Shown piece after piece: positions 30,700-47,289 of a DNA stretch of 64,000 nucleotides (the first letter of the stretch is position 1; the number at the start of each line of letters is the position of its first letter). Position numbers and translations under genes: made by a program. Origin of the DNA: the human T2T-CHM13v2.0 reference genome, Homo sapiens; the NCBI RefSeq assembly GCF_009914755.1, contig NC_060937.1; one strand, given 5' to 3'. The notes beneath the pieces were generated by a model that worked only from the letters and a program-made list of their open reading frames with translations, did not search any database and was not told the origin of the DNA.

Positions 30700-31110
30700 A
30701 CTATAAATTTATGTAAATACGTAAATACAAATCCTGTCTTCATCCAAGCTAGTCAGTTCTCCAAATAGTAAATTCATACCCCAACCGCTTTCCTTATCAG
30801 GTTCTCAAATCCAAGGTCACTATGCACCCATCTTAATCATCCTGAGACCAGATGCCAGACAACTCTTCCCTAGAGCTTATTAAATTATTCAAATTAGCCA
30901 GTCCAAAGGGAAGTCTGGAAGCCTAGATAAACTCCTGTCACTTACTCATAAGCTGTCTCCTACAATTACAACTTGTTGTTACATTGCATTCAGGTGCAAC
31001 TCTGTGTGGCTTTGCCTGGTGGCCTTCTCTTTTGATTCTGTGTCAGAATCCTGCCTTCTTCTATCCAAGTGTCAATGTGTTGGCTTCCACCATTAAAAAT
31101 GATCTCTACA
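30700..31110 (+). mobile_element. ERVL-class LTR (MER74/LTR53-like)
   Basis: ccagatgccagacaac, aaattattcaaattagcca, gtgtcaatgtgttggcttccacc; subfamily uncertain. Confidence 0.5.
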
Positions 31111-31395
31111 TCTTAAAAAAAAATGCATACTGTAAATGTTTCCTATTTCCCAAAGGAACTTGTAGCTTTCAACCAGAGTTAAAGAAAGGGAATCAAAGAA
31201 AGGGAATGTCCAGACCTTTCAAAGGCTGTGGGAGACAGGTTCTGTAACCACATTAATATTGGGGAACCCACAATGCATATGGTTCCCAGTTAGACTGGTG
31301 TTTCTAAAAGCCAGATGGTGTTTAGAGTTCTGGTTGAAGTTCACCTCACTTAGGGTTCACATAGTTTCTTAGTCCATTCATGGGACAAATAATCT

Positions 31396-32608
<1,213 letters not shown>

Positions 32609-34399
32609 TGGGACAGGTAATCTTAATAGCTTATGGTACTCACATAATTGTATCTCTCTCTTTTTTTAGTTAAAACAATTATGGTAGGAAACACCAACAG
32701 GAAGTCCCTAGAAAATACTCCCCACCATGCTCAACATCATAAAGCTGAAGCAATACCACAACCTAGGTAGAATTGCAGAAATTAGCTCCAGCATAAAAAA
32801 ATTTGAAGACCACATTAGTGGCTTACCTATATTCAATTTACTTTTCTCTGCAAAAATGGATGGCTTATACAAGATGGCAATGGACTACTATCCATGGAAT
32901 CTGAGGTCAACCTCAATGGTAGCTATTTAAGCTGAACTTGGTATCTTTACTGAAACAGACCAATATAACCACTGTTGAAAAAAAAAATTCAATCACCATC
33001 AATGAAGAGGATCAAAGACGCTTGCAATTATATGAGAAGGACTATAGTGTGGGTTTACATTTCTGACAGGTGCCTAGTCTAACTCTTTTGTTCCATGTCA
33101 CTGTATAATCCCTAGAAACTGATTATTTTCATGTTTTACAGGACATCCTTTAGCCAGCTAAATAAATTCCATTGTTTTAAATAGCACTGTAATTAATTAT
33201 AATTGCACTATATTAATAAATTATGGCAACGGGCAAGTAGCAAATTTGTATGCCAGAGAATGGAAGATAAAAATTATGGGCAACTGGATTAAACTTTATG
33301 AATATAATAGTCTTGGTCATATAGGATTATAGGTTAAGGAAAATTATTAAGCCTTTTTTTACCTGAAATTTTTAAAAAGTATAGCATTTGTCGGGGCTTT
33401 GTGGATTTTTGAGGCATCATATCCTGCCTATGGCAATGCTTTTCTGTTCCATTTGTTTTGTGATTTAGAAGGATGCCCATTTTTACTATGGCTCAGAGAA
33501 AGAGGGGTTCAGTTGCATTCTAAGCTTCTTATGCAATTGTGCCTCTGAACTGGCGAATTCAATGATATTCATTGTGACAGGAAGGATATGTGAAATCTGG
33601 GTCAAATCCTGATAGGACAGGTACAGAGCAGAACCTTAGGATTTTTGAGAAGGTTTTGCCTTTTAAAAGCAGCAGTTGGCCTGTATTGGGCCTTAATATA
33701 GTACCCCACCATGAGACATAATTAAACTACAAGACTAGAACTAGAAGGTCGTAAGGATGCAAGTAGGTTAGATGAACAGGTTTCCCCAGAGTTCCACACC
33801 AGGTTGCATCTCTACTTTTCCATCAACCACTCCTCATGTAGTATTTCCCATGGTCAGCTGATAGAGGAGAAAGACTTACTGCTAAGACATTCCTTGAAAG
33901 TAGAAAACTGTTTTATTTCACTTTAATTTCTATGAACTAAGGTTAACACAATATTTGATGAATTTACAATCCACTAGTGGCAATTGTGATTTTTTTCAAA
34001 ATTTGTAGATACAAGTTTTTTTTCTCATTGGAAAGCAATAAAAATATTTTAGACTTAATTTTGTAAAAGGCATTATTAAATATAACACCAAAGTTTACTT
34101 GTTACTACATACATGGATTCTATTTGGACATAAATAACTTCTAAATAACAGGAAGTTATGAATGATTTATTCTTGTCAAATTTTTTCCAATAGAATTCTT
34201 TCCATTTCCTTGATGATAGTCTTTCCTGGGGCTTCAGTGCTGTATTTCCATCCTTGTGTATACCCCATGAAACCTTCTGGAATACATGAATTGGGTCTTA
34301 AATTTCTGGATGTGATCTCGTTAGTTATTGCGTATGCTTCCTCTTAACTGAAATAATTCCAGAATTTAAGTATACATGACAACTCCTTTAGTTCAAGTC

Positions 34400-34870
34400 A
34401 TTTTATTTATTTATTCATTTACTCAACCTTAAAAATCTGAATTGAATCCTAAAAATATGTCAGATATCCTACCAGTAATTGGAGAAAGGAAGATAGATAA
34501 TTCATATTTCTTCCCTTAAATCCTTCTAGTCTAGTTATAGAGAGGAGAACATAAAACAATGATGGTATGTTTTTATAAGATTATATTTATAAGGAATACT
34601 TTGACAGTGCTGATGAGGTGATGGTAAATCAGGATAGGGAGGTGTGATATTTGAGCAGAATTTTTAAGAAATGTTAGATGGTAAAAACAAAGTAAGGAAA
34701 CTATTTTTAATGGATGATATAAATTTAACTCTAATAGTTATTTCCATATATCTAATGGCATTTAAACTACACTATAATGCTTTGCAATTATTCTTTTTTA
34801 TTTTTAATACATGAGAAAACTGAGATTCTCTATGTTTTGCTAACTGACTTGATTTTACTCAGCTTATATG
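34400..34870 (-). mobile_element. L2 fragment followed by MIR fragment
   Basis: atttattcatttactcaac...; atgagaaaactgagattc. Confidence 0.5.
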
Positions 34871-34873
34871 TTA

Positions 34874-35302
34874 TGAAGTTTTCAAGAGAAACTACAGCTG
34901 GATAGTAGTTAAAGCAGTTGAAGCAGATATTTTTCAGAGCTATTGCAAGAAGGGAAAACACACCTCAGTATAGAAGTAGATATAATTCTGAATACAGCAT
35001 GCACAAGTGGGAATTCATAGCAAGGAGAGGCTTGATGGATAGAAAATTTCTAAGAGGAAGTGTCAGATGTAAGGGAGGATTCTAGCTAAACCGTTAATAA
35101 GATTCTGATTGAAGACAGGCCAGGGTGATTAGATATCACCTGGGTGATGGTGGAGGATGAGGAGCCCATCAGATGTCAGGATGATCAGATAAATAGGATA
35201 GGAGATTCTTGGTAAGTTTGGATTTTACGAGGATGTGCAAGATGGGCCCAGGAGAAGTTTCAGGAGCTTAACTAAAGTTTGATCAACAAAGCATCTTTGT
35301 CA
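34874..35302 (-). mobile_element. MER31 (ERV1) solo LTR
   Basis: The reverse complement begins tgacaaagatgctttgttgatcaaactttagttaagctcctgaa, matching MER31; TG...CA ends. Confidence 0.82.
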
Positions 35303-38300
35303 GAAGAGAGTATTTAAATTCTGGCTATAAGCCAAAAAACAGATCATGTACAAAAACGTGGACACTGGAGATATTGAAAAAATGGTGAGAATAATAAATT
35401 TTTTGAAAATGAATCATTCCTAATATTTCAATCCAACAATCTTATCAGTTACTACTTTGTACAGTTCTTATTAGATGAATAAATTCTACAGGAAGGAATT
35501 TGAAAATGCAACCTAATTATTTGATTACATTTCATTAAATACAGACTTAAAAGATCTACACAACTTCTTCACAACTTATTTTTCCCTGGCCATTATACAT
35601 TAGGAAAAGTAAATTATATACAGCCCTGAGTTGTTATAGGAAAGAAGGAAGATGTGCTGGTAGGGGGAGGTCATTAATTCTTAGTGAGCCAAACCCAGAA
35701 TTGGTTTGAGAATGGAAATCATATGTGCTATGTAAAAGACAAGGTGATTCCGATACACTTCCACTTATATTTTACATATTATAAAACTATCTTAATTGTG
35801 AAACCACCAGACAACATGGCTATTTTAGGTTCTATTTAAATACTATTTTGCAAAATAACTGTTATGAGGTTCTCCAGAGCAACCATCATGATTGTATTTA
35901 AAAATAAATATAAGCTTCATGTATTGAGAAAAGACAATATAAATCTGTGGCATTTGTAGAATTGCCTTAGAATATTCCATAGAATGGAAAATATAGGAAA
36001 AATAGATGGAATCCCTATCTCATAAGTCACTTAAAGCTAACCCACAGAATCTACTTTCCAATATGCTTGGGGAATAAGTCCGTATTGAATTTGTCAATTT
36101 CATTTTGCATTTATGTTGCTTGACTAATGCATTCACAAAATTTGTTTGAGGTTACTTTGCACCCAGACAATTTCTCTTGGAGCTCTTCATTCAAATCACT
36201 GTGAGAGTTATATTTAGCCTGCCAAAATATTATTTCAGCCCTCTAAATTACATTTGCACTTTTCAATTAGTTTTTTTGTCTTCTGAATTCATTTTTTAGT
36301 GAATTAAGCCACTGTAAAAAGAATACAAAAGTAACTTCAAGCTGAAATAAAATATCCCTATATAATTGTGTAAGAAAATGCTGTAATCATATTTAAACAA
36401 TCACCTTTTAGTAGTCCCTGAAGTTAGCCATATGATTGGATCGTTTCTATGTGATCTACCAACTATCCAACTATTCCATTTCCCCTCTTATCCCAGTAGA
36501 ATTGATGCTGCCATAATCAGAGTAATTTCCACAACTGTTAAAAGCCTAATATAAGCAGAAATAGATAGTATTTATTGAAAATAGACTACCATTTTCACAT
36601 GTTCTTTTAAGAGACGTGTTCATGTGTTTTTTGTTTCATTGGTTACTCTTTATTTTATTTTATTTTTTTGTTTTCTTTTGCTTACGATGCTTTCTGCTGA
36701 CTGACCTCACTAGGGAAATTTAAAATACTGCAAATTCCTTAAAATTCTTTGTTTTCTGCTGAGTATCAGGGCAACTATAATTCCAGCCTATTATTGAAAA
36801 CACTGCAAACTTTCAGGACATCATCATCATCATAATGGCAGCATGAGAAAATTAAAGTTATTCAAAATGTGGTGAGTTCTGCTCATTCTTAAAGTGTTTC
36901 TAGCAAACTATTGCAAGATACAAATTACATAAAGTGGCATACCCTACAATTAAATAATTTTATGATATTCTTGACTTTAAAGAACCCCAATTAATACTAA
37001 TAGAGATAAGAAGAGAACCGGATATTTATGTGAGATCTATGTATCCCAATGTTTTGAATATTTGAATGTATCCAATTCATGTCCCCCTAAGTATTATTGA
37101 AATTTCTACAAACACTATGCTTTCTCTTACTCAATATTGTATCTTCCTCATGTAAAGTAAATAATTCAGAGTGACATTCACAAGATGGCAGAATAGGAGA
37201 TGCACGTACTCAACAAAAATAAGCTAGAAACTATTCAAATACAAGAATACCACCCTAAGTTAATCAGAACTCAGGGGAGACCTCCTGGGCCCACAGCATC
37301 AAGAGAAATCATAACCAGTAAAACAAAAGATGATTTAATTTTGTGCTGACCCTCCTCCAAGCCAGCATATTACCGCTCATAATTTCCCTAATCCCATGGT
37401 TTCAAAGGTGAGAAAAGGGAATTTGATATAAACACTTGATCTCTGCCTTAGTCTGGAAATCTTCACGGGGAGCCCACACCAGCCCTATCTCACAGGAGCC
37501 ATTCGGAGTATCAGGAGAGCTGAACCTCTGGCACTATATGAAGGACAAAGAACAGGGCACTGAGTGCAGCAACTGGTGCAAAGATATTGGTAACTACTCT
37601 GAATTCTGATCAGCAGGGGCACCACATTGAAGGGACTGGCTGATGCCATAGTCCTGCAGGGGGCACAATCTGTGGAAAGGCCTGAATCCCTGGCATAATT
37701 TTTCACACAGCCAAGATGCTTGCGTGGAGCCTTGCCCTGGGCTGGAAACAACTAAAAGGTTTGAATTAAGTTTGGGTGGCTGCTTAAGTGTTCTCCAAAC
37801 TGGAAAAAAATATCAGGGCAGCAATTTAGTTCCAGAGCAGTGTTCAAGTTCCGTTGCTTACCATAAGTCTTCCCAGACCAGAAAACAGTAGCAGGGCAAT
37901 GAGTTGCTCTAGTGCAATGTTTTAGTTCTAATCTTCACTATAAGTCCTCCCTAGAACAAGGAGAGACAGCAGGCTACTGTTTAAGTTCCAATATTAAGTA
38001 AATAAGGTCTACCACCACCAATGAACACCTGCAAAACCTGGAAGAGGTCGCAGTCTCCTTATATTGCAGGTATCAGTGTAAAAAAACAAAGAATGTGTAA
38101 ACTCACAGAGCTCCAGCAAGGGACCCAGAAGAATTGAAGATCTGTCAAACATTGGAAAGAGAATTCAGAATTATCCTCTTAAAGAAGTTCAGGACATCAC
38201 AAGAAAATGCAGAGAAGAAATTAAATAAAATTTAGAAAACAATCTAGGAACAAAATGATAAATTTGAAAAATAAACAGGAACAAATATATATAAATCCTA

Positions 38301-41300
38301 TAAATAAATAATACAATAATTGAATAGAAAAACTTATTAGAAAGCCTCAACAGCAGAATTGATCAAACACAGGAAATAATTCATGAACTTAAAACATATG
38401 ACATTATCCAATCAGAGAAGCAAAAAGAAAAAAGAACAAGAGAATAAAGAAGGCCTGTGAGAATCATGGACACCATCAGGCAAACTAATCTCCACATAAT
38501 AATTCCCAAAGGAGACAAGAGAGAAAAGAGCCTAGAATGCATATTTAAAGAAATAATGCCTGAAAAATCCCCAAATATGGAGACAGACTTCACCATGCAG
38601 GTACAGTAAGCATAAAGGCCACCAATAAAATTCAACCCAAAGAGGAAATCCCCAAGGCATATCATAATCAAATTAGCAAAATTCAAAAACAAAGAAAGAG
38701 TACTCAAATTCGCAAGAGAAAAGAAACATATTACATTCAATGAAACTCCAATATGGCTTTCAGCAATTTCTCAGCAAAAGCCTGGCAGGTCAGGAGAAAA
38801 TAGAATGCTATACTCAAAGTATTGAAGGCAAAAACTGCCAACCAAAAATATAATATTTAGCAGAGTTATCCTTCAAACACGAAGGCAAGATAAAAACTTT
38901 ATCAGACAAGCAAAACTGAGGGAATTCGACAACACCAGATTTCTCTTACAAGAAATACTAACAGGAGTTCATCAGTCGGGAAGAAATGGATGCTAATATG
39001 TACTAAAAAAAAACTGAAGGTATTAAACTCACTAGTAAAAGAAATAAAACAGACTAATTTAGCATATTCTAATACTTTAATTGGAGGAATTGAACCACTT
39101 ATATCTTAAATGTAAAGATTAAACAATTAAAATTAATAATAACTTCAATTGGCTATAAGATAAGAAATATAAAATTTAAATTGAAACAATAAGTCAAAAT
39201 GTGCAGGAGGGGCTGTGTTAAATGTAGATTTTTTTGTTACTTTTCTTTATGATCAAAGTTATGTCGATCAGTTTAAAATAACCTGTTATAACTAAAAGAT
39301 GTTTTGTAAGTTTCATTGTAACCACAAAGCTAAAACTTATAATAGATACACTAAAAATAAATAGCACTAGCATAGAATCAAAATGTACTAGTAGAGAAAA
39401 ATCACTTAACCTTAGAGGAAAAAAGAAATGAAAGAGCTACAAGACAGCCAGAAAACAAAAGCCAAAATGGCAATATTGTGCCATTACCCATTAATAATAA
39501 TCATGCATGCAAATAGATTAAAATAATCAATTAAAAGATATAGAGTGACTGAATAAATAAATAGAAACAAGGCACAAATACATACTGTCTACAGGAAACT
39601 CACTTCACCTATATAGACATGCACAGACTGAAGGTGAAGAGTCAAAAAAGGTATTTCATGCAAATGAAAACATAAAAGAGCAGGAGCAGCTAAACCTATA
39701 TCAGATAAAATAGATTTTAAGTCAAGAAGAGTAAAATATACAAAGAATCCCCTTATATAATGATAAAGTTGTCAATTCAGCCAGAGGATTAACAATTGTT
39801 CATTTATATATACCCAACACCAGAGCACTCAAATATATAAAACAAATATTAATAGACCTAAAGAAAAATGTTGACTGAAATATAATAATAGTAGGAAACA
39901 TCAATACTCAACTTTCAGTAGTGGGCATACCATCCAGACATAAAATCAACAGTAACCAAAAAAACTAGAGTTAAACTGCACTATAGACAAAATGGACCTA
40001 ACAGGCATTTACAGAAGATTCCATCCACCAGCTGTACAATACACCTTTTTTCTCAACATCATGTGAAATATTCCCTAATATAGGCCATATGCTAGGTAAA
40101 GAACAACACCTACAAATTTTTTAAAAATCAAAATTATATCAAGTATGTTCTCTGACCTTGATGGAATAAAACTAGAAATCTATAACCAAAGGGACATTGA
40201 AAAAATATAAAAATTTGTGAAAATAAAACTTGTTCCCAAACAATAAATAGATCATGAAAGAAATTTAAAAGAAGATTTAAAAATCCCACAAAACAAATTA
40301 AAATGAGAACATGACATACCAAACGAGATATAGCAAAAGCAGGTCTAAGAGGGAAGTTCATAGCAATAAACACCTACACCAAAAAGTAGAAAGACTTCAA
40401 ATAAATAACCAATGACGCACTTCAAGAAAATAGGAAAGCTTGAAAAAAAACCCAAAATTAATAGAAGAAAAGAAATAATAAAGATCAAAGTAGAAATAAA
40501 TGAAATTGAGACTGCAAAATACAAAAGAATAATAAAATAAGTTCTGTTTTTTTGAAAAGATTTAAAAAATGGACGTCTTTATTACATTAGGAAAATAAGA
40601 GAAGACATAAATTCAGAGGCATAAAAGAAAACATTACAAATTATATCAAAAAGATAAAAATGATCATTACAGACTATTATAAACAACTATATTGAAAATC
40701 TTAGAAGAAATGGACAAGTTCCTAGACACATTACAATCTATGAAGATTGAATCATGAAAAAAAATAGAAAACATGAAAAGACCATTAATGAGTAATGAGA
40801 TGAAGCAATATTAAAAAGTCTCCCATCAAAGGAAAAACCAAGGATCTAATGGATTCACTGCTGAATTCTACCAAACATTTAAACAACAAATAACACTAAT
40901 ATTACTCAAACTCTTCAAACAAATTACACAGGAGGGAAAACCAAAACTCATTCTATGAGGCCAGCATTACTCTGATACCAAAATAAAACAAGGACAAGCA
41001 CACACAAAAACAATCTACAGGCCAATATCACTGACGACTAGATGTGAAACTCCTCAACCAAAAATACCAAAACAAATTCAACAACATAATAAAAGAATCA
41101 TTCAGCATAATCAAGTAGGATTCATCCCAGTAATGTAAGGATGGCTCAACATGTGCAATTCAATAACCAAAATACATCACATTAACAGAATTTTTAAAAA
41201 TACAACTAATTCAATACATGCTGAAAAAAGCTTTGAATAAAATTCAATATCCCTTTATGATAAAAACTCTCAACAAAGTGGTTATAGAAGAAACGTACCT

Positions 41301-42676
41301 CAAAACAACCAAGGCCAACTATGACAAACCCAAAGCTAATATGGAGAAAAAAATGAAGAGCCCCTAACTTCTAGAAGGAGACAAAGATGACCACTTTCAC
41401 TACTTTTATTCAATATGGTACTAGAAGTCCTAACCAGAACAATAAAACAATAAAAGAAAAGGATATCCAAATTGGATAGGAAAAAGTCAAGGTCAAGTTA
41501 TCCTTGTTCAAAGTTGACATGATCCTATATTTAGGAAAACCTAAAGTCTCCATCAAAAACATGTCAGAACTGTTAAATAATTCAGTAAATTTGCAGGATA
41601 TAAAATCAGCATGCAAAATCAATAACATTTCTATACACCAACAATGAACAATCTGAAAAAGAAATCAATAATGAAATCACAGTTATAATAACAACAAAAA
41701 ATAAAACACTTAGGAATAAATTTAATCAAAGATGTGAAGGATCCCTACAATGAGAACTAAACATTTCTGATGAAAGAAATTAAAAAGAACACACTATGGA
41801 AATAGATAGATATCCCATGCTACTGGATTAGAATATTTAATATTGTTAAAATATCCATACTACACAATCTACAGATGCAGTGTAATTCCTATCAAAATGC
41901 CAATGATATTCCTCATAGAAATAGGAAAAACAATCCTAAAATTCACATGGAATCACAAAAGACCCCAAATAGAAAAAGCAATCCTGAGGAAAAGAACAAA
42001 GCTGGAGACATCACAATCACACTACCAGACTTCAAAATATAGTATAAAATTTTAGTAATTAAAATAGCATGGTATTTTCATAAAAACAGATACATAGACT
42101 GATGGATCAGAATAGAGAACCATAAATAAATTCATGACTTTACAGCTAACTCATTTTTGACAAAGGTGCCAAGAACACACACCTGGGAAAGGATAGTCTA
42201 ATTAGGGGTTGCAAGGAAAACTGAATATCCGTATGCGGAAGAATGAAACTGGACCCCTATCTCTCATCATATGCAAAAATCAACTCAAAATGGGTTAAAT
42301 ACTTAAATGTAAGGCCTGATGCTTCTAGGAGAAAACAATGAGAAAACGGTATAGGAAAATGGTCTGGGCAATAATTTTGCAGTAAGACCTCAAAATCACA
42401 GGCAACAAAAGCAAAAATAGAGAAATGGAAGAACATCAAGCTAAAAAGCTTCTACATAGCGAATGAAACAATCAATAAAGAGACAACCTATAAAATGGGA
42501 GAAAATGTTTATACACTGTCCATCTGAGAAGGGATCAGTGTCCAGAATGTGTAAGGAATTCAAAAACTCAATAGCAAATAATCAAATAATCTGATTAGAC
42601 AATGGGCACATGATCTAAATAGACATTTCCCAAGAGAAGACATAGAATTGTCCAACAAGTGTACAAAAAATGCTCA

Positions 42677-43216
<540 letters not shown>

Positions 43217-43409
43217 CTAAAAATAGGTCTATGATGTGATCCAACAATCACGTTGCTAGGAATATATCCAAAAGTAATGAAATCATTATATCAAAGAAGT
43301 ATATGTACTGTCATGTTGATTGTAGCACTATTCACAATAGCCGAGAGATGGAAACAACCTAAGTGTTCATCAGTGGAAGGATGGATGAAGAAAATGAGGG
43401 ATACCTCTA

Positions 43410-43410
<1 letters not shown>

Positions 43411-43450
<40 letters not shown>
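43411..43450. repeat. (CA)n microsatellite in the L1 3' region
   Basis: Direct read: about 20 units. Confidence 0.97.
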
Positions 43451-43453
<3 letters not shown>

Positions 43454-45529
43454 TTGGAATATTGTTCAGCCATAAAAAGAATGAATATTATTTGCAACAA
43501 CATAGACAGAACTGGAGGGCATTATGTTAAATGAAACAAGCTAGGTACAGAAACACAAATATCACATGTTCTAGCTTATGGTGTGAGATCCAGCCCACCA
43601 AAAAAAAAAAACTTATTTTTGTGAAGGTAGAGAGTAAAGAAAGATGAGAAGGGTGGAGGAGAGACAGCAATGAAGAGAGTTTGGTAAATAGATACAAAAA
43701 TACAATTAGATAGAATGAAAATTCTATTGTTCAATACTACAGTGAGGTTATGATAATTAATAATCATTTATGTATATTTGAAAATAGCTAGAATAAATAT
43801 TTAGGAATGTCATCAATACAAAATAATGATAGTAAGAGGTGATGTACGTCCTAATTACCCTGCTTTGATCATTGTACATTGTATAAATTTGTCAAAATAT
43901 CACATGTACTCCATAAATATGTACAATTAGGATGTATTAATAAAAAAATTCAAAGCTGATTGATTGCTTCCTTTGAAATTTATCTTTGAGCTAATATTTC
44001 AAGTGATTTTACTCAAGAAATGGATTATGCCTAGCTTATTTGCCACTCTGTTCTCAACAATTCATATAATATTATGTCCAGATCAGAAATGTTTTAATTG
44101 ATTATTTAATGAAATATTAGTGAATGAGAGAGAGAATTTGGAGCATTTTTGAAGGAGTCAATTGGTCAAGTTATGATAACATTCTTGATTTAATAACAGT
44201 ACATTTGAGGATCACTTCAAAGACAAATTAAAGTGGAAGATATGTCATTTAAAAAACACTTGAAAGAAAAGTTTTTTCTAAGATGTCATCTTTGAAATGT
44301 CAATAAACTCATCTGAAAAAAATATATTTTAATTTTTTCCCTCAAAGCACAAATCAAATGTGTTTCAAGTCTTTATTAAAAAGTGATCATACTGAGAGAA
44401 GCTGTGAATGTCACATCTGAGGTTTCAAACACCATAAATAATACACAAATCAAATGTAATATTGCCAATAGTTTTCAACTCATACTTAGAACTTCTGTAG
44501 AGTTGAAAAGTTGAAGTGAATGTTTCAAATAATAGAAAATCAAAATCCGTTAGGCATGTTCTTGAGGAAAAAAAGCAGTTATCTGTTAATTATTATCGAT
44601 TAAGATAGCAATAGAAAATGCCACGATAAAGTTTTCACATGTGATTTACATACATGTTGCAAGGACAAATATATTGTTACATGTTGTAGCATTTAACACA
44701 AATTTTGAAACATCAGTATAAAAAGATGAAAATGGGATTAAAGAATTTAGAAACAAAAGAAAGCAAAAACTTTGTTTATAACACGAATATTTTTCTCTCC
44801 TAAAAAGGTTCACTGAATGTGTTTATCAATAACATCCTGTTCGGAGTCAATAACTCTCATTATTTCATTATTTAAAAATACGGAACTGCTTGTACACAAA
44901 TTAAAATGTTTCTATATAATATTTGTTTCATCAGGATTTTCTGTATATCTTTTTAATGTATACACTAAGACATTATTCTGGATCAGTATCTACCAATTCT
45001 CTAGATGGATAATGGATTTTATTCATTCCCAGGTATTTTATTTCTTAAACTACTAGCAAATTTGCCTCTTTCGTTATTGTTGTTGGTTGGTTGGATGAAT
45101 GGGTGGTTGTATGCTTTGAAACATTTATTAAAGGTTAACATTTTTAGAGATTAAGAAAAAGTAATATCCTCAGGAAGCTAAAGTAACTGAAACCCTAGGT
45201 ACCAATAGTGTTATTACTTACTAAATTTATCTCAAACATTATAGTTTGTCTGTGTTAAATGACTCATCAGTATGTCTTGAACAATATTGTGGTAAATAGA
45301 ATAATATTTAATTTGAAAGTGCTAGTAAATTAACATAGATTTTGACTTTATATATTTTCTATAATGAAAAGTCCAAAATACTATTTTTATGAAGCATGGG
45401 AGACTGGGGTCACAGAGAGCTTTAGGAATCCAGGGGATAGTTTAGTTGACTAGCGGTAGCATTTTCAAAGGGGTAATATGATTTGGAGAGAAAGGAAAGT
45501 AAAAATTTACAAATGTTTATTGAATAGTG

Positions 45530-45869
45530 TGATACAGCTTGTCTGTGTCCTCACCCAAATCTCATCTTGAATTCCCACATGTTATGGGAGGGTCCCAGTA
45601 GGAGGTAATTGAATTATGGGGTCAAGTCTTTCCTGCGCTGTTCTCCTGAAAGTAAATAAGTCTCAAGAGATCTGACGATTTAAAAAGGGGAATTTCCCTG
45701 CACAAGCTCTTTTTGCCTGCTGCCATCCACGTAAGACGTGACTTGCTCTTTGCCTTCCACCATGATTTTGAGGCCTCTCCAGCCATGTGGAACTGTAAGT
45801 CCATTACATTTCTTTTTCTTCCCAGCCTTGGATATGTCTATATCAGCAGCATGAAAATGGACTAATACA
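45530..45869 (+). mobile_element. THE1 (THE1A-like) solo LTR
   Basis: tgata...ctgtgtcctcacccaaatctcatcttgaattccca ... gccatccacgtaagacgtgac ... atgaaaatggactaataca. Confidence 0.92.
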
Positions 45870-45871
45870 AC

Positions 45872-46318
45872 TGAGTAATGATTGGGGCTGACTTCACATG
45901 GTAGAACTGGTAGGACCTTGAATGTTGTAACTGCAGGTTTTTCTCCCCACTTGGCCTCTGCAGATAAGGTCCCATGACCAAACCACACTTTTTTTCAAAC
46001 AGACCAGATGAAGTTCCTACTTAGTCCTGAGTATCGTATTTCTGTTTCCCACCAGGATGCAGAACTCCTGAAACAAACCAATCACATTCTCCCATAGGAC
46101 CAAGGAAAATTCAACCACTCAATACCATAATGTCTGCCCCATATATCTCCTCTTGTTTGCTCTGTTCTCAAATGCAATCCACCTGGTGTTCAGTGTCCTC
46201 TGCCTCTGGGCTGTGAGTATATATGACAAATTAATTTCTGTCAATTTCATTTTTTTCCAGTTTGGGTGTTGTGTGTTCAAACTTACACATCCCTCACTGA
46301 TAGGTTAAAGAGGGGTGA
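45872..46318 (+). mobile_element. ERVL-class LTR (MER54-like)
   Basis: gcagataaggtccc..accaaac, aaacaaaccaatcacattctccc, ctggggctgtgagtata-like; subfamily from memory. Confidence 0.55.
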
Positions 46319-46320
46319 TA

Positions 46321-46445
46321 ATTATGTGAGGTAATGCATGTTAATTAGGTAGATTTAGCCATTCTACAACTTCCATATACCTCAAAACATCATGTTGCAT
46401 GTGATAAATCCAATTTTATTTGTCAACTTAAAAATAAAATTTTAT
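46321..46445 (+). mobile_element. L1MA 3' terminal fragment
   Basis: tatgtgaggtaatgcatgttaattaggtagatttagccattctacaa...aaaacatcatgttg plus A-rich end. Confidence 0.8.
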
Positions 46446-46600
46446 AAATGTATTTGGGGAAAGTATGTAGGTTTTCATTGCAGAGAACTTATAAAAAATA
46501 AAAAAGGGAATGGAATAAAAAAGTAATTTTAGACAAATGATAAACCCCAGAACAGTATGGGAAAAATTTGTTTTGACAGAAGAATATTATTTTAGAATAT

Positions 46601-46963
46601 TCTACAGGCTAAGTTCTGAATGTTGCATCTCCCTAAAACTCATATCTTGAATGCCAATGTGATGGTTTTAGAAGATAGGATGTTTGGGAGGTAATTAGGT
46701 CCTGAGGGTGAAGTCTTCATAAATGGGATTAGTGCCCTTATTAAAAAGTCCTCAGATAGCTGCCTTGACCCTTCTACCATGAGAGGACACAGCTAGAAAA
46801 CACCATCTAAGAACCAAAAACCAGGCTCTCATCAGCCACTGAATCTGCTGGCAACATGATCTTCGATTTCCCAACCTCCAGAATTCTGAGAAATAAACTT
46901 TTCTTGTTTATAAGCTACCCAGTATACGGCATTTTGTTGTAGAGGCCCAAATGAACTAAGACA
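46601..46963 (+). mobile_element. MLT1A0 solo LTR
   Basis: aatgggattagtgcccttat, gaatctgctggca, gaaataaac; ends gaactaagaca. Confidence 0.88.
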
Positions 46964-47289
46964 CAATGTGAGAAAAATACTATATGAGAAATCTATATGA
47001 GAAAATGCAAAAGAGAAAAACATGACAGATTCTAGAAACAAAAAGACATTCAATGTTTATTGCAGTATCCACCAAGGTGGAAAATAGATCTGAAGCAATT
47101 CAGAAATATTCTAGATCCTGAAATATCTTGTATGATTTATTAAGGAATTTGAACGTGATTCTAAATGCACTGAATCCCATTAAAAGAATGCAATATTGTC
47201 AAATAATATTTTGTTCTGATACATTACGCTTCCTGAATTTTGGAGAATTGAAAGAAATGAGAAAACTGAAGGAAGGCACACAGTATCCA

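Noticed and set aside
36817-36871. Plus-strand 55-nt exon-like segment with donor GTG|gtgagt
   Set aside because: The acceptor has only a short pyrimidine tract; no supporting context.
44150-44950. Possible very degenerate hAT (Blackjack/Charlie-like) transposase remnant
   Set aside because: Only vague resemblance from memory; no TIRs or translatable motif could be confirmed without a Dfam search.
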